Of a stretch of 64,000 nt of DNA, positions 29,104-41,120 are shown in pieces; the first letter of the stretch is position 1, and each line of letters starts with the position of its first letter. Position numbers and translations under genes: made by a program. Origin of the DNA: Tagaea sp. CACIAM 22H2 (GTDB taxonomy: Bacteria; Pseudomonadota; Alphaproteobacteria; CACIAM-22H2); the NCBI GenBank assembly GCA_014444615.1, contig PVXE01000012.1, positions 7,051 to 71,050 of the forward strand. The letters run 5' to 3'. The notes beneath the pieces are model-generated. The model worked only from the letters and a program-made list of their open reading frames with translations, was not told the DNA's origin and ran no database searches.

Positions 29104-29808
29104 TCAAGACGGATTCGCCTTGGATGGCGCGGCATCGGTCCGAAGTTTGACCTTCACATCCCTCTCGAGCAGCCGGTCGGACCGAAGCGTGCCGAAAATC
29201 TCATTCCAATAGGATTCGACTGCCTCGACCGCGTCGAACTCGAACATCTCAGCTTCGCTTATTTTTAGGGTCCTAATAACACTAAGTTGCTGGGTGCCAT
29301 GCCACATCACCTTTTTCGCCTTCGCATCGTACAGGACCGCGCGGAAAGAAACGGCGAAGCTGCAACGATTGTCTCCGCAAACGACGTCCACCAAGGCCGG
29401 CGCGATCACCAGGGCATCATCATGCACGAAACGAAAATCCGGCAGCGCGTCTTCGATCGCCTTGGCATTTACCGGGGCCTTGTCCGAAACCGTAAGCCGG
29501 CGGAGGACACCACTCGTCCGAGCCGCTTCATCGAATGTTCCGACCAACTCGTTTCCGAACGCTGTCACGATTTTTCCGGCGCCAATGGTTAGGCTGCCGT
29601 TCATAAGCCGATAGCTCGCGAAGTAGAGCGAGTTGTACCGCTGGATATTCACGCGCAGCCGATCATGCGCGAAATACAAGACGTCGAGTTCCGCGACTTT
29701 GTGCGCGTCCTTCGTGACGGTGCTGGACGCCGTATTGGTCATCGTTATCGAGCAAGCCGTCAGGGCAAGCGCCGACAACGCGATCAACAAAAACCGAAGC
29801 CGCCCCAT
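29104..29808 (-). CDS. Hypothetical lipoprotein (lower GC than flanks)
   Basis: MGRLRFLLIALSALALTAC lipobox; visibly more A/T-ending codons. Confidence 0.7.
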   Translation of the reverse strand: MGRLRFLLIALSALALTACSITMTNTASSTVTKDAHKVAELDVLYFAHDRLRVNIQRYNSLYFASYRLMNGSLTIGAGKIVTAFGNELVGTFDEAARTSGVLRRLTVSDKAPVNAKAIEDALPDFRFVHDDALVIAPALVDVVCGDNRCSFAVSFRAVLYDAKAKKVMWHGTQQLSVIRTLKISEAEMFEFDAVEAVESYWNEIFGTLRSDRLLERDVKVKLRTDAAPSKANPS

Positions 29809-29920
29809 AACGTCCCCGTTCCCCGGATTTAACCCGGAGTATAGGGACTTCACGGCGGAAACCGCAACCTAGTCGAGAGCGGCCCTTCGGGTAGCGTCGC
29901 GAAGGTTGCCGAGAGGCGGC

Positions 29921-32008
<2,088 letters not shown>

Positions 32009-32064
32009 ATGGCTTCGACCTCGGGGCGGATCATTTTCCGCCGAATGAACATCGCGTCGCGCGC

Positions 32065-33966
32065 TTAGAGACCGGTGGCACCGCCGGAACCAAACGCGTC
32101 GTCTTCGTCGCTGCCGCCTTGCGCGTTCAAATCGCGCAAAATCGCGGTCAGCGCATCGACCCGCGCCAGCAATTCCGGCTCCGGGGCGTCGGCGACCGCG
32201 CGCGCAGCTTCACGAAGCTCTTCTTCGATCCGCGGGCGCGCCAGCAACGACAAGACGGAGCGAAAGCCCGCCCGCGCTTCGTCTTGCGACGCGCCCGGAC
32301 CGGCAAAAGCCCCGTGTTCGTAAGAGCTTGGCTTCGTCAGCGATGCCGCTTCCTCGGCCAAACCCATGGCGGATAAGTGGGCGATCACGCCCTGCGAGTC
32401 AAGCGGAGACTGGGCGGCGGCGGCTTCGTGCGCGCAATCCAGCAATGCCGCGCGCAAGTGCGCCGCGACAGGGTCGGAAAACCCAATTTCGGCAAAGGCT
32501 TCCGCGTTCTCCCAGAGCAGCTCCGGGTGATTGAGCACGGCGGTCAAAAGCAGCTTCTGGGCGCGCCTTGCCAGAATGTCCGGATTACCGGCCGTCCGCA
32601 GGCCGAAATCGCGCGGCGCGACGACCGCGCGCCGCCCGCCCTTGCCCGGCGGCCGGGGCGCATTGGAGTACGCCAAGCGGGGCCGCACGGGTTCCGGCCG
32701 ACCCAGACGGCGAAGCCGCGTCCAAACCCACTCGTTCTCGTAGGCTTTTTGCACCGTCTTGTCGGCGATCCGCGCAAGCCGCGCGCGCAAGGCGGCGTCG
32801 AGGGTCGCACGCCGGTCGGGCGTGTCGACCGGACCTTTGGCGAGTTCGCTTTCCCAAACGACGTCGTCGATACCCTTGGTGCGTTCGAGCAAGCGTTCGA
32901 ATGCCGCCGCCCCATCGCGCTTGATAAGCGAGTCCGGGTCGTCTTCCGCCGGCAGCACGGCAAAGCGCAGCGCGCGGCCGGGCTTGAGCAAGGGCAGCGC
33001 CGTCTCGGCCGCTTTCAACGCGGCGCGCTGGCCGGCCGCGTCGCCGTCCAGGCACACGACGGGTTCCGGATGGATGCGCCACAACGCTTCCATCTGCTCC
33101 TCGGTCAGCGCTGTGCCGAGCGGCGCGACCGCGCCCTCGAACCCCGCCTGATGGAGGGCGATTACATCCATATAGCCCTCGGCGACCAGTGCGCGCGCCT
33201 TGCGTTCGCCTACGCCCAGGCGCGCCTTGTCGAGCGCGTAGAGATTGCCGCGCTTGTGGAACAGCGGCGTGTCGCGGCTGTTGAGATATTTGGGTTTCGA
33301 ATCGTCCATCACGCGCCCGCCAAAGGCGATGACGCGCCCGCGCCGGTCGGTGATCGGGAACATCACGCGATTACGGAAAAAGTCGAACGGCTCGGGCCGA
33401 TCTTCGGGCTTCGCGATCAAGCCCGCTTCCAGCAGCATCGCCTCGTCGAAGCCGCGCAGCTTCAACGCGGCGGCGAGATTGCGCCAGCCTTCGGGCGCGA
33501 AGCCCAAACGGAAACGCTCGATCGTGTCGTCGGACAGGCCGCGCCCGTGCAGATAGGCCAGCGCCGCGCGGCCTTCGGGGGCACGCAGTTTTTCCTGATA
33601 CCAAACGCAGGCCGCTTCGACCGCGTCGCCCAACGTCTTCGCGCGCTCGGCCTTCTCGCGCTCGGCCGGGCCCATGCGCGGCACATCCAGCCCCGCCTCG
33701 CCCGCCAATTTCTCGATCGCTTCGGGAAACGACAGATGATCGGCGCGCATCGTGAAGCCGATCACGTCGCCATGGGCGCCACAACCGAAGCAGTGGAAGA
33801 ATTGCTTGTCGTCATTGACGTAGAAGGACGGCGTCTTCTCGTTATGGAACGGGCAGCACGCCTTGTATTCGCGGCCGGCTTTCACAAGCCGCGTGCGCCG
33901 GCCGACGACGCTGGACAGCGTCAGCCTTGCGCGCAGCTCCTCGAGAAAAGCCGGGGGAAACGCCAT
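32065..33966 (-). CDS. dnaG: DNA primase
   Basis: [11 protein letters not shown]...FHCFGC zinc finger, [28 protein letters not shown] Toprim. Confidence 0.97.
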   Translation of the reverse strand: MAFPPAFLEELRARLTLSSVVGRRTRLVKAGREYKACCPFHNEKTPSFYVNDDKQFFHCFGCGAHGDVIGFTMRADHLSFPEAIEKLAGEAGLDVPRMGPAEREKAERAKTLGDAVEAACVWYQEKLRAPEGRAALAYLHGRGLSDDTIERFRLGFAPEGWRNLAAALKLRGFDEAMLLEAGLIAKPEDRPEPFDFFRNRVMFPITDRRGRVIAFGGRVMDDSKPKYLNSRDTPLFHKRGNLYALDKARLGVGERKARALVAEGYMDVIALHQAGFEGAVAPLGTALTEEQMEALWRIHPEPVVCLDGDAAGQRAALKAAETALPLLKPGRALRFAVLPAEDDPDSLIKRDGAAAFERLLERTKGIDDVVWESELAKGPVDTPDRRATLDAALRARLARIADKTVQKAYENEWVWTRLRRLGRPEPVRPRLAYSNAPRPPGKGGRRAVVAPRDFGLRTAGNPDILARRAQKLLLTAVLNHPELLWENAEAFAEIGFSDPVAAHLRAALLDCAHEAAAAQSPLDSQGVIAHLSAMGLAEEAASLTKPSSYEHGAFAGPGASQDEARAGFRSVLSLLARPRIEEELREAARAVADAPEPELLARVDALTAILRDLNAQGGSDEDDAFGSGGATGL

Positions 33967-34001
33967 CGCCGCAAACGCCCTTCATCGTTCGGGCGCCGCT
34001 T

Positions 34002-34019
34002 TTATCCCCATGATTCACA
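34002..34019. promoter_or_regulatory. Tandem DnaA-box-like pair upstream of dnaG
   Basis: TTATCCCCA directly followed by TGATTCACA, 36-53 bp upstream of the dnaG ATG. Confidence 0.5.
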
Positions 34020-34073
34020 AGGCGTTAAGCGGCGCTCGAAGGGGGCGTAATCTAGGGCCGACGGGGCCCGTGA

Positions 34074-34535
34074 TCAACCGCCCAGCAGGCGTTTGACGGT
34101 CGCCGAGGCAAGGCCCAGATCCATCTGGCCGGTGAATTTCGCCTTCATCGCGCCCATCACCTTGCCCATATCCTTGATCGACGAGGCCCCGGCGGCGGCG
34201 ATCTCCGCCTTGGCGGCCGCTTCGATCGCGGCGGCGTCGAGCTGCTTGGGCAGGAAGGTTTCGAGCACGGCGATTTCCGCCTGCTCCTTCGCCACCAGCT
34301 CGGGCCGCCCGCCCTTTTCGTACATGGCGATCGAATCGCGGCGCGAGGCGATCAGCTTCTGGATCGCCGCCTGCAACTCGGTATCGGGAATGCCGTCGGC
34401 GTTGCCCAGCGCGCGCGCCTCGATGTCGCGCTTCTTCATTTCGGCGATCGCCATACGGATGGTGTCGGTGCGCACCTGATCCTTGGCCTTCATCGATTCC
34501 TTGAGGGCGTCGGTGAGCTGGGCGCGAAGCGACAT
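34074..34535 (-). CDS. GatB/YqeY domain protein
   Basis: LKESMKAKD, RRDSIAMYEKGGR, FLPKQL, KDMGKVMG; usual position upstream of dnaG. Confidence 0.92.
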   Translation of the reverse strand: MSLRAQLTDALKESMKAKDQVRTDTIRMAIAEMKKRDIEARALGNADGIPDTELQAAIQKLIASRRDSIAMYEKGGRPELVAKEQAEIAVLETFLPKQLDAAAIEAAAKAEIAAAGASSIKDMGKVMGAMKAKFTGQMDLGLASATVKRLLGG

Positions 34536-34559
34536 GGGTTTTACTCCGTCAAAGAAAAA

Positions 34560-35645
34560 TCAGGCGGACGCGAGACCGAAAGCGGTCTTGCGCAGAACTT
34601 CGTCGGCGCGATTCCACACCGCATCGCGCCAAGCGGCGTCGGCGGGCGCGAAGGCGTCGCGCATTTGCGTTTTGATGCGCCGGCTGTCCTCGCCGGCGAT
34701 GTCGCCATGCAGATGCAGCCAGTTGTCGGCACGGATCGCGTCGAGCACGTCGGGTACCGGCAGCGTGCCGTATTCGAGCGCCACGTGCGAGAATTCGGCG
34801 TGCGCGAGGAACCGCGCGAAGCCTTCGCCGTTGGTGCCGTGCAACGGCGGCGATGTCGACGTGCCCATTTCTGGCGACGTCAGATCCGCGCCGTACCAGG
34901 CTTGCGAAAGCTTGCTGCCCGGATGCGCGGGCGGCAATCCGCAGATGATCTCGCCATAGCCGCGCGGGCCCAAGCCGGTATGGAAATCGACGATGCCGAT
35001 GCGCTTGGCCATACGCAGCCAATCAGCAAACACGGTGCGGATCACGCGATGCGACCATGTCGGCCCATGGCCGCCGAAGAACACGCCATCGGGGTGCGTG
35101 TATTGGCCCGACGAGATGGCGCCCTGAAGCGCGAAATCGCCATGACGCTTGGCGAACTCTGCGAGGATCGCGGCACTCGCCTTGCGCGACGCCTCGGTCC
35201 ATTCGTTCGGGCAGATCGCGTGGGCGAGACGTTCGTAGGCCGGGTTCTCGGGATAGGGCCGGATATGATCGACGAAATTGCGGTTGAGGTCGACATTGTC
35301 CTCGTTCACCCGGCGCAGCCAGGCGAAGCCATGCGGATTGACCGCGTGCAGATGAAGCTGGGCCACATCCGGCGGAATTTCGCGCCATGCTCCGGTCGCG
35401 TACCACGCGGTTTGCGCGCCCGAGCCGCAGAAACCTTCGATGCCGTGCGTGGCCGAAATCGTCACCAGCACGCGGTCCGCCGCCATCGGGCCCGACCACA
35501 CCGCGTCGCAGAAAAGCGTCTCGCCCCGGGGCCCGCGCAACGGGTTCTGAAAGGCGCGATAGCGCGTCGCATGGGGCTTGGCGACGGCGAGGAATTTATC
35601 CCGCGCGCCGGTGTAATCCCGGGCGAAATGGACGTCGGCGGACAT
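34560..35645 (-). CDS. DUF2817 / M14-like zinc metallopeptidase
   Basis: SATHGIEG, HAVNPHGF, RRVNEDNVDLNRNF, DFHTGLG, LEYGT. Confidence 0.85.
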   Translation of the reverse strand: MSADVHFARDYTGARDKFLAVAKPHATRYRAFQNPLRGPRGETLFCDAVWSGPMAADRVLVTISATHGIEGFCGSGAQTAWYATGAWREIPPDVAQLHLHAVNPHGFAWLRRVNEDNVDLNRNFVDHIRPYPENPAYERLAHAICPNEWTEASRKASAAILAEFAKRHGDFALQGAISSGQYTHPDGVFFGGHGPTWSHRVIRTVFADWLRMAKRIGIVDFHTGLGPRGYGEIICGLPPAHPGSKLSQAWYGADLTSPEMGTSTSPPLHGTNGEGFARFLAHAEFSHVALEYGTLPVPDVLDAIRADNWLHLHGDIAGEDSRRIKTQMRDAFAPADAAWRDAVWNRADEVLRKTAFGLASA

Positions 35646-35719
35646 ATCCCCTTGTTAGACCTTCGGCGGCCCGAAAATGCAAGTTTACAGCCGCCCGGCA
35701 CGCGCGCATGATTTCATCC

Positions 35720-36301
35720 ATGCGTATCGCGGAGCGCTTGGCGGCGATGCTGGACCTCGGTAGGGCCTTGGCCCTCGCCGCGCTGGTCGTCTTTGCCGCC
35801 GCCCCGGCCGGGGCCGCGCAGGATGCCCGCCTCGACCCGCTGTTCGAAAAGCTGAAAGCCGCGTCGGACGCGCGCGAGGCGCAGATCTACGAAAATGCGA
35901 TTTGGCGTGTGTGGCTGGAGCCGGAAGATGGCGCCATCAACTCGCTGATGCGCCTGGGCCTCGACGCGCAAAATCGCGGCGATATGTTCGGCGCCTTCGC
36001 GGTCTACGACGCGATCACCGGCCTGAAGCCCGACTACGCCGAAGGCTGGAACCGCCGCGCGACGGTGCTGTTCCTGCTCGACCGGCTGGATGAGTCGCGC
36101 AAGGACGCCGAGAAGACGCTGGAGCTCGAGCCGCGCCATTTCGGCGCGCTGTCGGGTTTGGGCATGATCGCGATGCGCCAGAACCAGCCCGACAAGGCGC
36201 TGGAGGTTCTGGAAAAGGCCCTCGCCCTTAACCCGCATATGGCCAATGTGCGCGGCCAAGTCGAACAGTTGCGCAAAAAAGCGCGCGACGGCGCGATCTA
36301 G
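35720..36301 (+). CDS. Exported TPR-repeat protein
   Basis: Signal peptide; PDYAEGWNRRAT, LELEPRHFGALSGLG, ALALNPH; start could be 35747. Confidence 0.85.
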   Translation: MRIAERLAAMLDLGRALALAALVVFAAAPAGAAQDARLDPLFEKLKAASDAREAQIYENAIWRVWLEPEDGAINSLMRLGLDAQNRGDMFGAFAVYDAITGLKPDYAEGWNRRATVLFLLDRLDESRKDAEKTLELEPRHFGALSGLGMIAMRQNQPDKALEVLEKALALNPHMANVRGQVEQLRKKARDGAI

Positions 36302-36361
36302 TAACTTCCGGCCTGCGTAAAGCGAAACGCCGGAGACAGATTTCATTTGGAGACGAAGCCC

Positions 36362-37315
36362 ATGTTGATCCGTCGTCCCCGTGGCTGGGAAATTCCCGAA
36401 CGCGACGCCACCCCCGAAGCTTTGTGGACGCGCCGCCGCACGCTCGGGGCGGGCCTTGGCGCCATCGCCGGCGGTTTGTTCGGCGGGCGCAATGCGATCG
36501 CGCAGGAAGACCCGTCGGCGGGGCTGTATCCGGCGATGCGCAACATGCGCTATCGCGTCGACCGCGAATTGTCGGCCGAGAACGACGCGACGACCTTCAA
36601 CAATTTCTACGAATTCGGCACTTCGAAAACCATCTGGCGCGCTGCCGAAAAACTGCCGATCCGCCCCTGGCAGGTGCGTATCGACGGCATGGTCGAGCAG
36701 CCGCGCACGGTCGATTTCGACGACGTCTTGAAGGCGATGACGCTGGAGGAGCGCGTCTATCGCTTCCGCTGCGTCGAAGCATGGGCGATGACCGTGCCGT
36801 GGTCGGGCTTCGCGCTGAAGCAATTCGTCGAATGGTGCAAGCCGACGTCGAGCGCCAAATACGTCGTCATGCAGACCTTCCAAAATCCGTCGGTCGCGAC
36901 CGGCCAGCGCGCCAGCTGGTATCCCTGGCCCTATACCGAAGGTCTGACGATCGACGAGGCGACGAACGAGCTCGCCTTCATCGCCACCGGCCTTTACGGC
37001 AAGCCGATCCCGCGCCAGAACGGCGCGCCGTTGCGCTTGGTCACGCCGTGGAAATACGGCTTCAAGGGCGTCAAATCGATCGTGCGCTTCAACTTCACCG
37101 ATCAGCGCCCGAAGACGTTCTGGGAACAGCTTCAGGCCAGCGAATACGGGTTCTGGGCCAATGTGAACCCGCGCGTCGCCCATCCGCGCTGGAGCCAGGC
37201 GAGCGAGGAACTGATCGGCACGGGCAAGCGCGTGCCCACCCAGCTTTTCAACGGCTACGGCGATTACGTGGCGGACCTGTACACCAACCGCCAGGATGAG
37301 CGGCTCTGGGCTTAA
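36362..37315 (+). CDS. msrP: Periplasmic protein-methionine-sulfoxide reductase, molybdoenzyme subunit
   Basis: Tat-like TRRRTL, FNNFYEFG, ERVYRFRCVEAW, QNGAPLRL, PWKYGFKG, YGFWANVNP, HPRWSQASE. Confidence 0.95.
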   Translation: MLIRRPRGWEIPERDATPEALWTRRRTLGAGLGAIAGGLFGGRNAIAQEDPSAGLYPAMRNMRYRVDRELSAENDATTFNNFYEFGTSKTIWRAAEKLPIRPWQVRIDGMVEQPRTVDFDDVLKAMTLEERVYRFRCVEAWAMTVPWSGFALKQFVEWCKPTSSAKYVVMQTFQNPSVATGQRASWYPWPYTEGLTIDEATNELAFIATGLYGKPIPRQNGAPLRLVTPWKYGFKGVKSIVRFNFTDQRPKTFWEQLQASEYGFWANVNPRVAHPRWSQASEELIGTGKRVPTQLFNGYGDYVADLYTNRQDERLWA

Positions 37316-37353
37316 CCCTTTGAAATCGGGCGCGGCGGGCGTATATCCGGGCC

Positions 37354-39279
37354 ATGCCGGACTCTTCCCCCGCCCGCCCGGAAACCGCGCGGCGCGCCCT
37401 TCCGATCGAGACCTTCGACAACCGCACGGGTGGCGACGCGCTGTTCCGCGCGGTCGGCCATCCGTTGGCGGTGGAACCCGCCCGCAAACTGGCGGCACAA
37501 CTAGCCGAAGCCGGCCCTGTCGCGATCTACGACCCGTTCGGCGCTTGGGCCGCCATCTCCGCTCTGCAGGATTTTTCCGCGGTTAAAATCGCCGGGCTCT
37601 ACGGCCAAAACCACGCGCATATCGGCCGCGATATCGCGGGGCTGAAAGTTCAGCCCGTCTCGCGCATCGCCGCTGCGGGGGCGAAAGCGATTTTCGTCGC
37701 GGCGTTCGATGCCGAGCCGCTCGTCGCGCAGATCAAGCCGTGGCTGCCCGAAGGTGTTGCGGTCGCCACGCTCGACGCGATGCGCATTCCCGACGCGTTG
37801 ATCACCGACAAGAAGCGCTATCTGTCGACCTTCAACTTCGTCACGAATCTCGTGCTGTTCGTCGACGAGCCCCGGCGCCATACGCGCATGGTCAGCGCCA
37901 ATTACTGGGCGGGCTATGGCGCCAAAAACGTGCGCGCTTGGTTCCGCCTGTTCGACGCCGACGGCAAGGCATTGGCGACGTGGGACGAAACCCTGGCGCC
38001 GGGCGTGTCGGCTTTCACGGTCGATAGCCGCGAGGTGCGCCAGCGTTTCGGCCTGGGCGATTTCACCGGCCAATTGTTCATCCACATGGTCGACGTCACC
38101 GGCCACGACGTTTTGAAATACGCGCTCGATTTCTGGGGCCCCGACGAAATCACCTGCACCCACGACGCCAATCCGTGGCCCGCCGATTATTACGCCGGCA
38201 TTCCCGCGCCGAGGCCCGGTGAGCGCGTGCGCGTGTGGGTACAAAACGCGCATTCCTGCCCGATCCCGGCCGACGGCGTGAAGTTTTCGCGCATGGGAAC
38301 CGATGCGTGGGTGCCGATGGCCGCACCCGTCCCCGGCTTCGGCATGCGCGCCATCGACATGGGCGAATTGCTGCCCTCGCTGTCTTGGCCGCAGCAGATC
38401 GAGATGGATGCGGGCAAGTTCGTCGTGCGCCCGCGCTATGAAGTCGAAATCGCGGGCAAGCGGCACGTGGCGCACGCGAATGTCGAGCGCAGCGATTTGA
38501 AGCCCGATGCGGACGTTGCGAAGCTGGGTGCCGATTTCGGCAAGGGCTTCATCCTGCCCGCCCCGATCCTGCCGCTTGCCGATTTCACCGGTGTGGCCCT
38601 GCCCACGCCGATGGCGCGCGGGCAAAGCACGCTGCCGCTGATCGCACGCTTCTACGACAAGGATGGCGCATTGGCGCGCGAGGAATTCCTCGGCAATCTC
38701 GCGCGCGACCATGCGCGCGAAGTGCACCTCACCGCCGATCTCGCCGGCGGCTATGGCCATGTCGAGCTGTCCTACGATTTCCGCGACGGCGGGGCGGGCG
38801 ACGGCTGGATCCACGCGATCTTCCGCTACGCGCGCAAGGCCGGGGCCGCGCACGCCGCCGAAACGAGCTTCGGCAGCCATATCTTCAACACGGCCCTCGT
38901 GTTCAAGAACGAGCCGCAATCCTATATCGGCCGTCCGCCGGGGCTGACGACGCGGCTGTTCCTCAGTCTCGGCGTGAACGCGCAAGACGCGTTCTGCCAT
39001 CTGATCTATCCGGCCTCGACGCCGTGGCGCAAAACATCCGAAACGGTGCTGGAACTACACGACGCCACCGGCACGAAGATCGCGGAATCGTCACTGGCGA
39101 TTCCATGCTCGGGCTCGCGGCTGTGGCGCGTGTCCGAACACTTCGGCAAAGCCGACATCGCGAAAGCCGCGAATGGCGGCTACGTGCTGATCCGCGATCG
39201 GACCTGCCGCCTATTCGGCTATCACGGGCTCGCCGAACCGGACGGGCGTTTCAGCCTCGACCATATGTTCGGGTTCTAG
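37354..39279 (+). CDS. Hypothetical protein (641 aa) with repeated beta-rich modules
   Basis: Long ORF with typical codon use; internal repeats FRLFDADG / RFYDKDG / LELHDATG; stop overlaps the next start (TAGTG). Confidence 0.8.
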   Translation: MPDSSPARPETARRALPIETFDNRTGGDALFRAVGHPLAVEPARKLAAQLAEAGPVAIYDPFGAWAAISALQDFSAVKIAGLYGQNHAHIGRDIAGLKVQPVSRIAAAGAKAIFVAAFDAEPLVAQIKPWLPEGVAVATLDAMRIPDALITDKKRYLSTFNFVTNLVLFVDEPRRHTRMVSANYWAGYGAKNVRAWFRLFDADGKALATWDETLAPGVSAFTVDSREVRQRFGLGDFTGQLFIHMVDVTGHDVLKYALDFWGPDEITCTHDANPWPADYYAGIPAPRPGERVRVWVQNAHSCPIPADGVKFSRMGTDAWVPMAAPVPGFGMRAIDMGELLPSLSWPQQIEMDAGKFVVRPRYEVEIAGKRHVAHANVERSDLKPDADVAKLGADFGKGFILPAPILPLADFTGVALPTPMARGQSTLPLIARFYDKDGALAREEFLGNLARDHAREVHLTADLAGGYGHVELSYDFRDGGAGDGWIHAIFRYARKAGAAHAAETSFGSHIFNTALVFKNEPQSYIGRPPGLTTRLFLSLGVNAQDAFCHLIYPASTPWRKTSETVLELHDATGTKIAESSLAIPCSGSRLWRVSEHFGKADIAKAANGGYVLIRDRTCRLFGYHGLAEPDGRFSLDHMFGF

Positions 39280-40394
39280 TGAAGCTTCTCTTCCTCTCGC
39301 ACCAAGGCGATTTGGGCGGGGCGACCTCGGCGATGGTCGAGGGGATCGAAGCGCTGGTCGCGCGCGGCCACACGGCCGAAGTGTGGATGCCCGATCACGG
39401 TACGATGATCGACAAGCTCGAAGCGTTGGGCGTGCGCGCCCGCGTGATGACGATGCCGCTGTGGGCCAGCACCAAAGGCCGCAAGCGCTGGCGTTTGCGC
39501 TGGCGCACTTGGCGGGCGACGGCGCCGCTCGCCGCCGCGATGCGCGAGGCCAAACCCGATCTCGTCGTCACCAATACGATAGCGCTGGGCGTGGGCGCGC
39601 TCGCTGCCGAACGCGCCGGCCTCAAGCATGTCTGGTGGATTCACGAATTCGGACGGGAGGATCACGGGCTGGAATTCGCCTGGGGCGACGCGCGCACGGC
39701 GAAGATCATGACCAGGACGACGGCGCGCGCCATCGTCAACTCGGATGCGGTCGCGGCCAAATACGCGCATTTCCTGCCGCGCGAAAAGATCGTACGCATC
39801 TATTACCGGATCGATCCGACACCGGCGGCGAACGTGCCTGATCTCGAACCCGCCGGCGCGTTCCATCTCGCGTTGCCCGGCTCGCTGAACCCGCAAAAGG
39901 GCCAAGGCGACGCGATCGCGGCGCTGACGATCCTGGCGCGCGACGACAAGCGCCCGCATCTGCATTTTTTCGGCGAGGGTGCCGAAGGCTACACCGCACG
40001 CCTGCGCGCCGCCGCGCGCGACGGCGGCGTGGAAGCGCAAACGCATTTCCACGGCCATGTGCGCGATCTGGGCGCGCGCCTTGCGAAAGCGAATGCCGTG
40101 CTGGTCACGTCGCGCAACGAAGCCTTCGGCCGGGTCACGGTCGAAGCGTTGCGCGCGAACGTGCTGGTGATCGCCAGCGATGCCGGCGGTACACGCGAAT
40201 TAATCGACGACGGCAAGACCGGATTGCTCTATCCGCCCGGCGACGGTGCGGCGCTGGCCCGCCAGATCGCGCGGGTGATGGACGATTCCACGTACGCGCG
40301 AAACCTCGCCGCGGCGGGCGCGGCTTGGGCCGCCCCACGTTTCGGCGTCGCCGAATTCGCCGACAATCTCGAAGCCGCGTTGAAGCGCGCTTAG
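39279..40394 (+). CDS. Glycosyltransferase family 4 (GT-B)
   Basis: GTG start MKLLFLSHQGDLGGA; WWIHEF, KGQGDAI, SRNEAFGRVTVEAL, DGKTGLL. Confidence 0.9.
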   Translation: MKLLFLSHQGDLGGATSAMVEGIEALVARGHTAEVWMPDHGTMIDKLEALGVRARVMTMPLWASTKGRKRWRLRWRTWRATAPLAAAMREAKPDLVVTNTIALGVGALAAERAGLKHVWWIHEFGREDHGLEFAWGDARTAKIMTRTTARAIVNSDAVAAKYAHFLPREKIVRIYYRIDPTPAANVPDLEPAGAFHLALPGSLNPQKGQGDAIAALTILARDDKRPHLHFFGEGAEGYTARLRAAARDGGVEAQTHFHGHVRDLGARLAKANAVLVTSRNEAFGRVTVEALRANVLVIASDAGGTRELIDDGKTGLLYPPGDGAALARQIARVMDDSTYARNLAAAGAAWAAPRFGVAEFADNLEAALKRA

Positions 40395-40942
40395 GCCAAC
40401 GCGAGACCGTGCCGCGTTTGCATCGCGGCGGCGAGGCCCATGCCTTCCTCGTAGGCTTCGCTGGCGAGCGAGAGCGGATCGGGGAACGGCAGACGCAGAT
40501 CGGCCCAGGCTTGGCCGTCGGTGATGTCGAGTTCGCCGCCGAATTTGCGCGCGATCCGGCGCATCGGCCCGTTGTCGAGCAGACAGACCATCCGCAAGCG
40601 GCGCAGCATCCGGTTGCGCGCCAGCACGATCGTCCGGCGCAGCAATTCGCTGCCCAAGCCTTCGTCGCGCCGACCTGGCGCCACCGCGACGGCGAACTCG
40701 CCCTCGCGCGACGCATCGCCGGGGCTTGGCAGATGCAGTTCGGCCGTACCGATCAGATTGGCGCCGTCGAAGCAGCCGACGATCGCCGCCCGGCGCCAGT
40801 CGATACCCGCGACATAAGCGCGGATCGCCGGGTCGGAGACCGGGGCGGAAAACCGCGACCGCCGATCGCGCGAATCCAGCGCGATCAGATGCGCCGCGAG
40901 CGCCTCGGCATCGAAGGAATGTAAACGTCGGAAGTAACGCAT
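40391..40942 (-). CDS. GNAT family N-acetyltransferase
   Basis: DRRSRF, EFAVAVAPGRRDEGLG acetyl-CoA motif, CLLDNGPMRRIARKFG; start uncertain (up to 41047). Confidence 0.8.
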   Translation of the reverse strand: MRYFRRLHSFDAEALAAHLIALDSRDRRSRFSAPVSDPAIRAYVAGIDWRRAAIVGCFDGANLIGTAELHLPSPGDASREGEFAVAVAPGRRDEGLGSELLRRTIVLARNRMLRRLRMVCLLDNGPMRRIARKFGGELDITDGQAWADLRLPFPDPLSLASEAYEEGMGLAAAMQTRHGLALA

Positions 40943-41101
40943 TTCGCCCGGCTCCCTCGCCAAACAATGGGAATCGGACGTTTCGCTCCACCGGCGGGGG
41001 ATGACCGGGGCGCCCATGTTCGAAGACGGGTCGCCCGACGCGGTCACGCATCCGGTATCGGCACTATCCCCCTACCCCAGGCGGGGGTCAAATGACTTTT
41101 G

Positions 41102-41113
41102 TGCAATGCAGCA
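41102..41113. promoter_or_regulatory. PhaR-type operator motif upstream of the GNAT gene
   Basis: TGCAATGCAGCA fits the TGCRNYGCASMA PhaR consensus as recalled from rhizobia. Confidence 0.45.
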
Positions 41114-41120
41114 AAGCTGG

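Noticed and set aside
28960-29110. Integrative element at the tRNA
   Set aside because: No duplicated tRNA 3' end and no integrase seen; the gene downstream is an ordinary gluconolactonase-family gene
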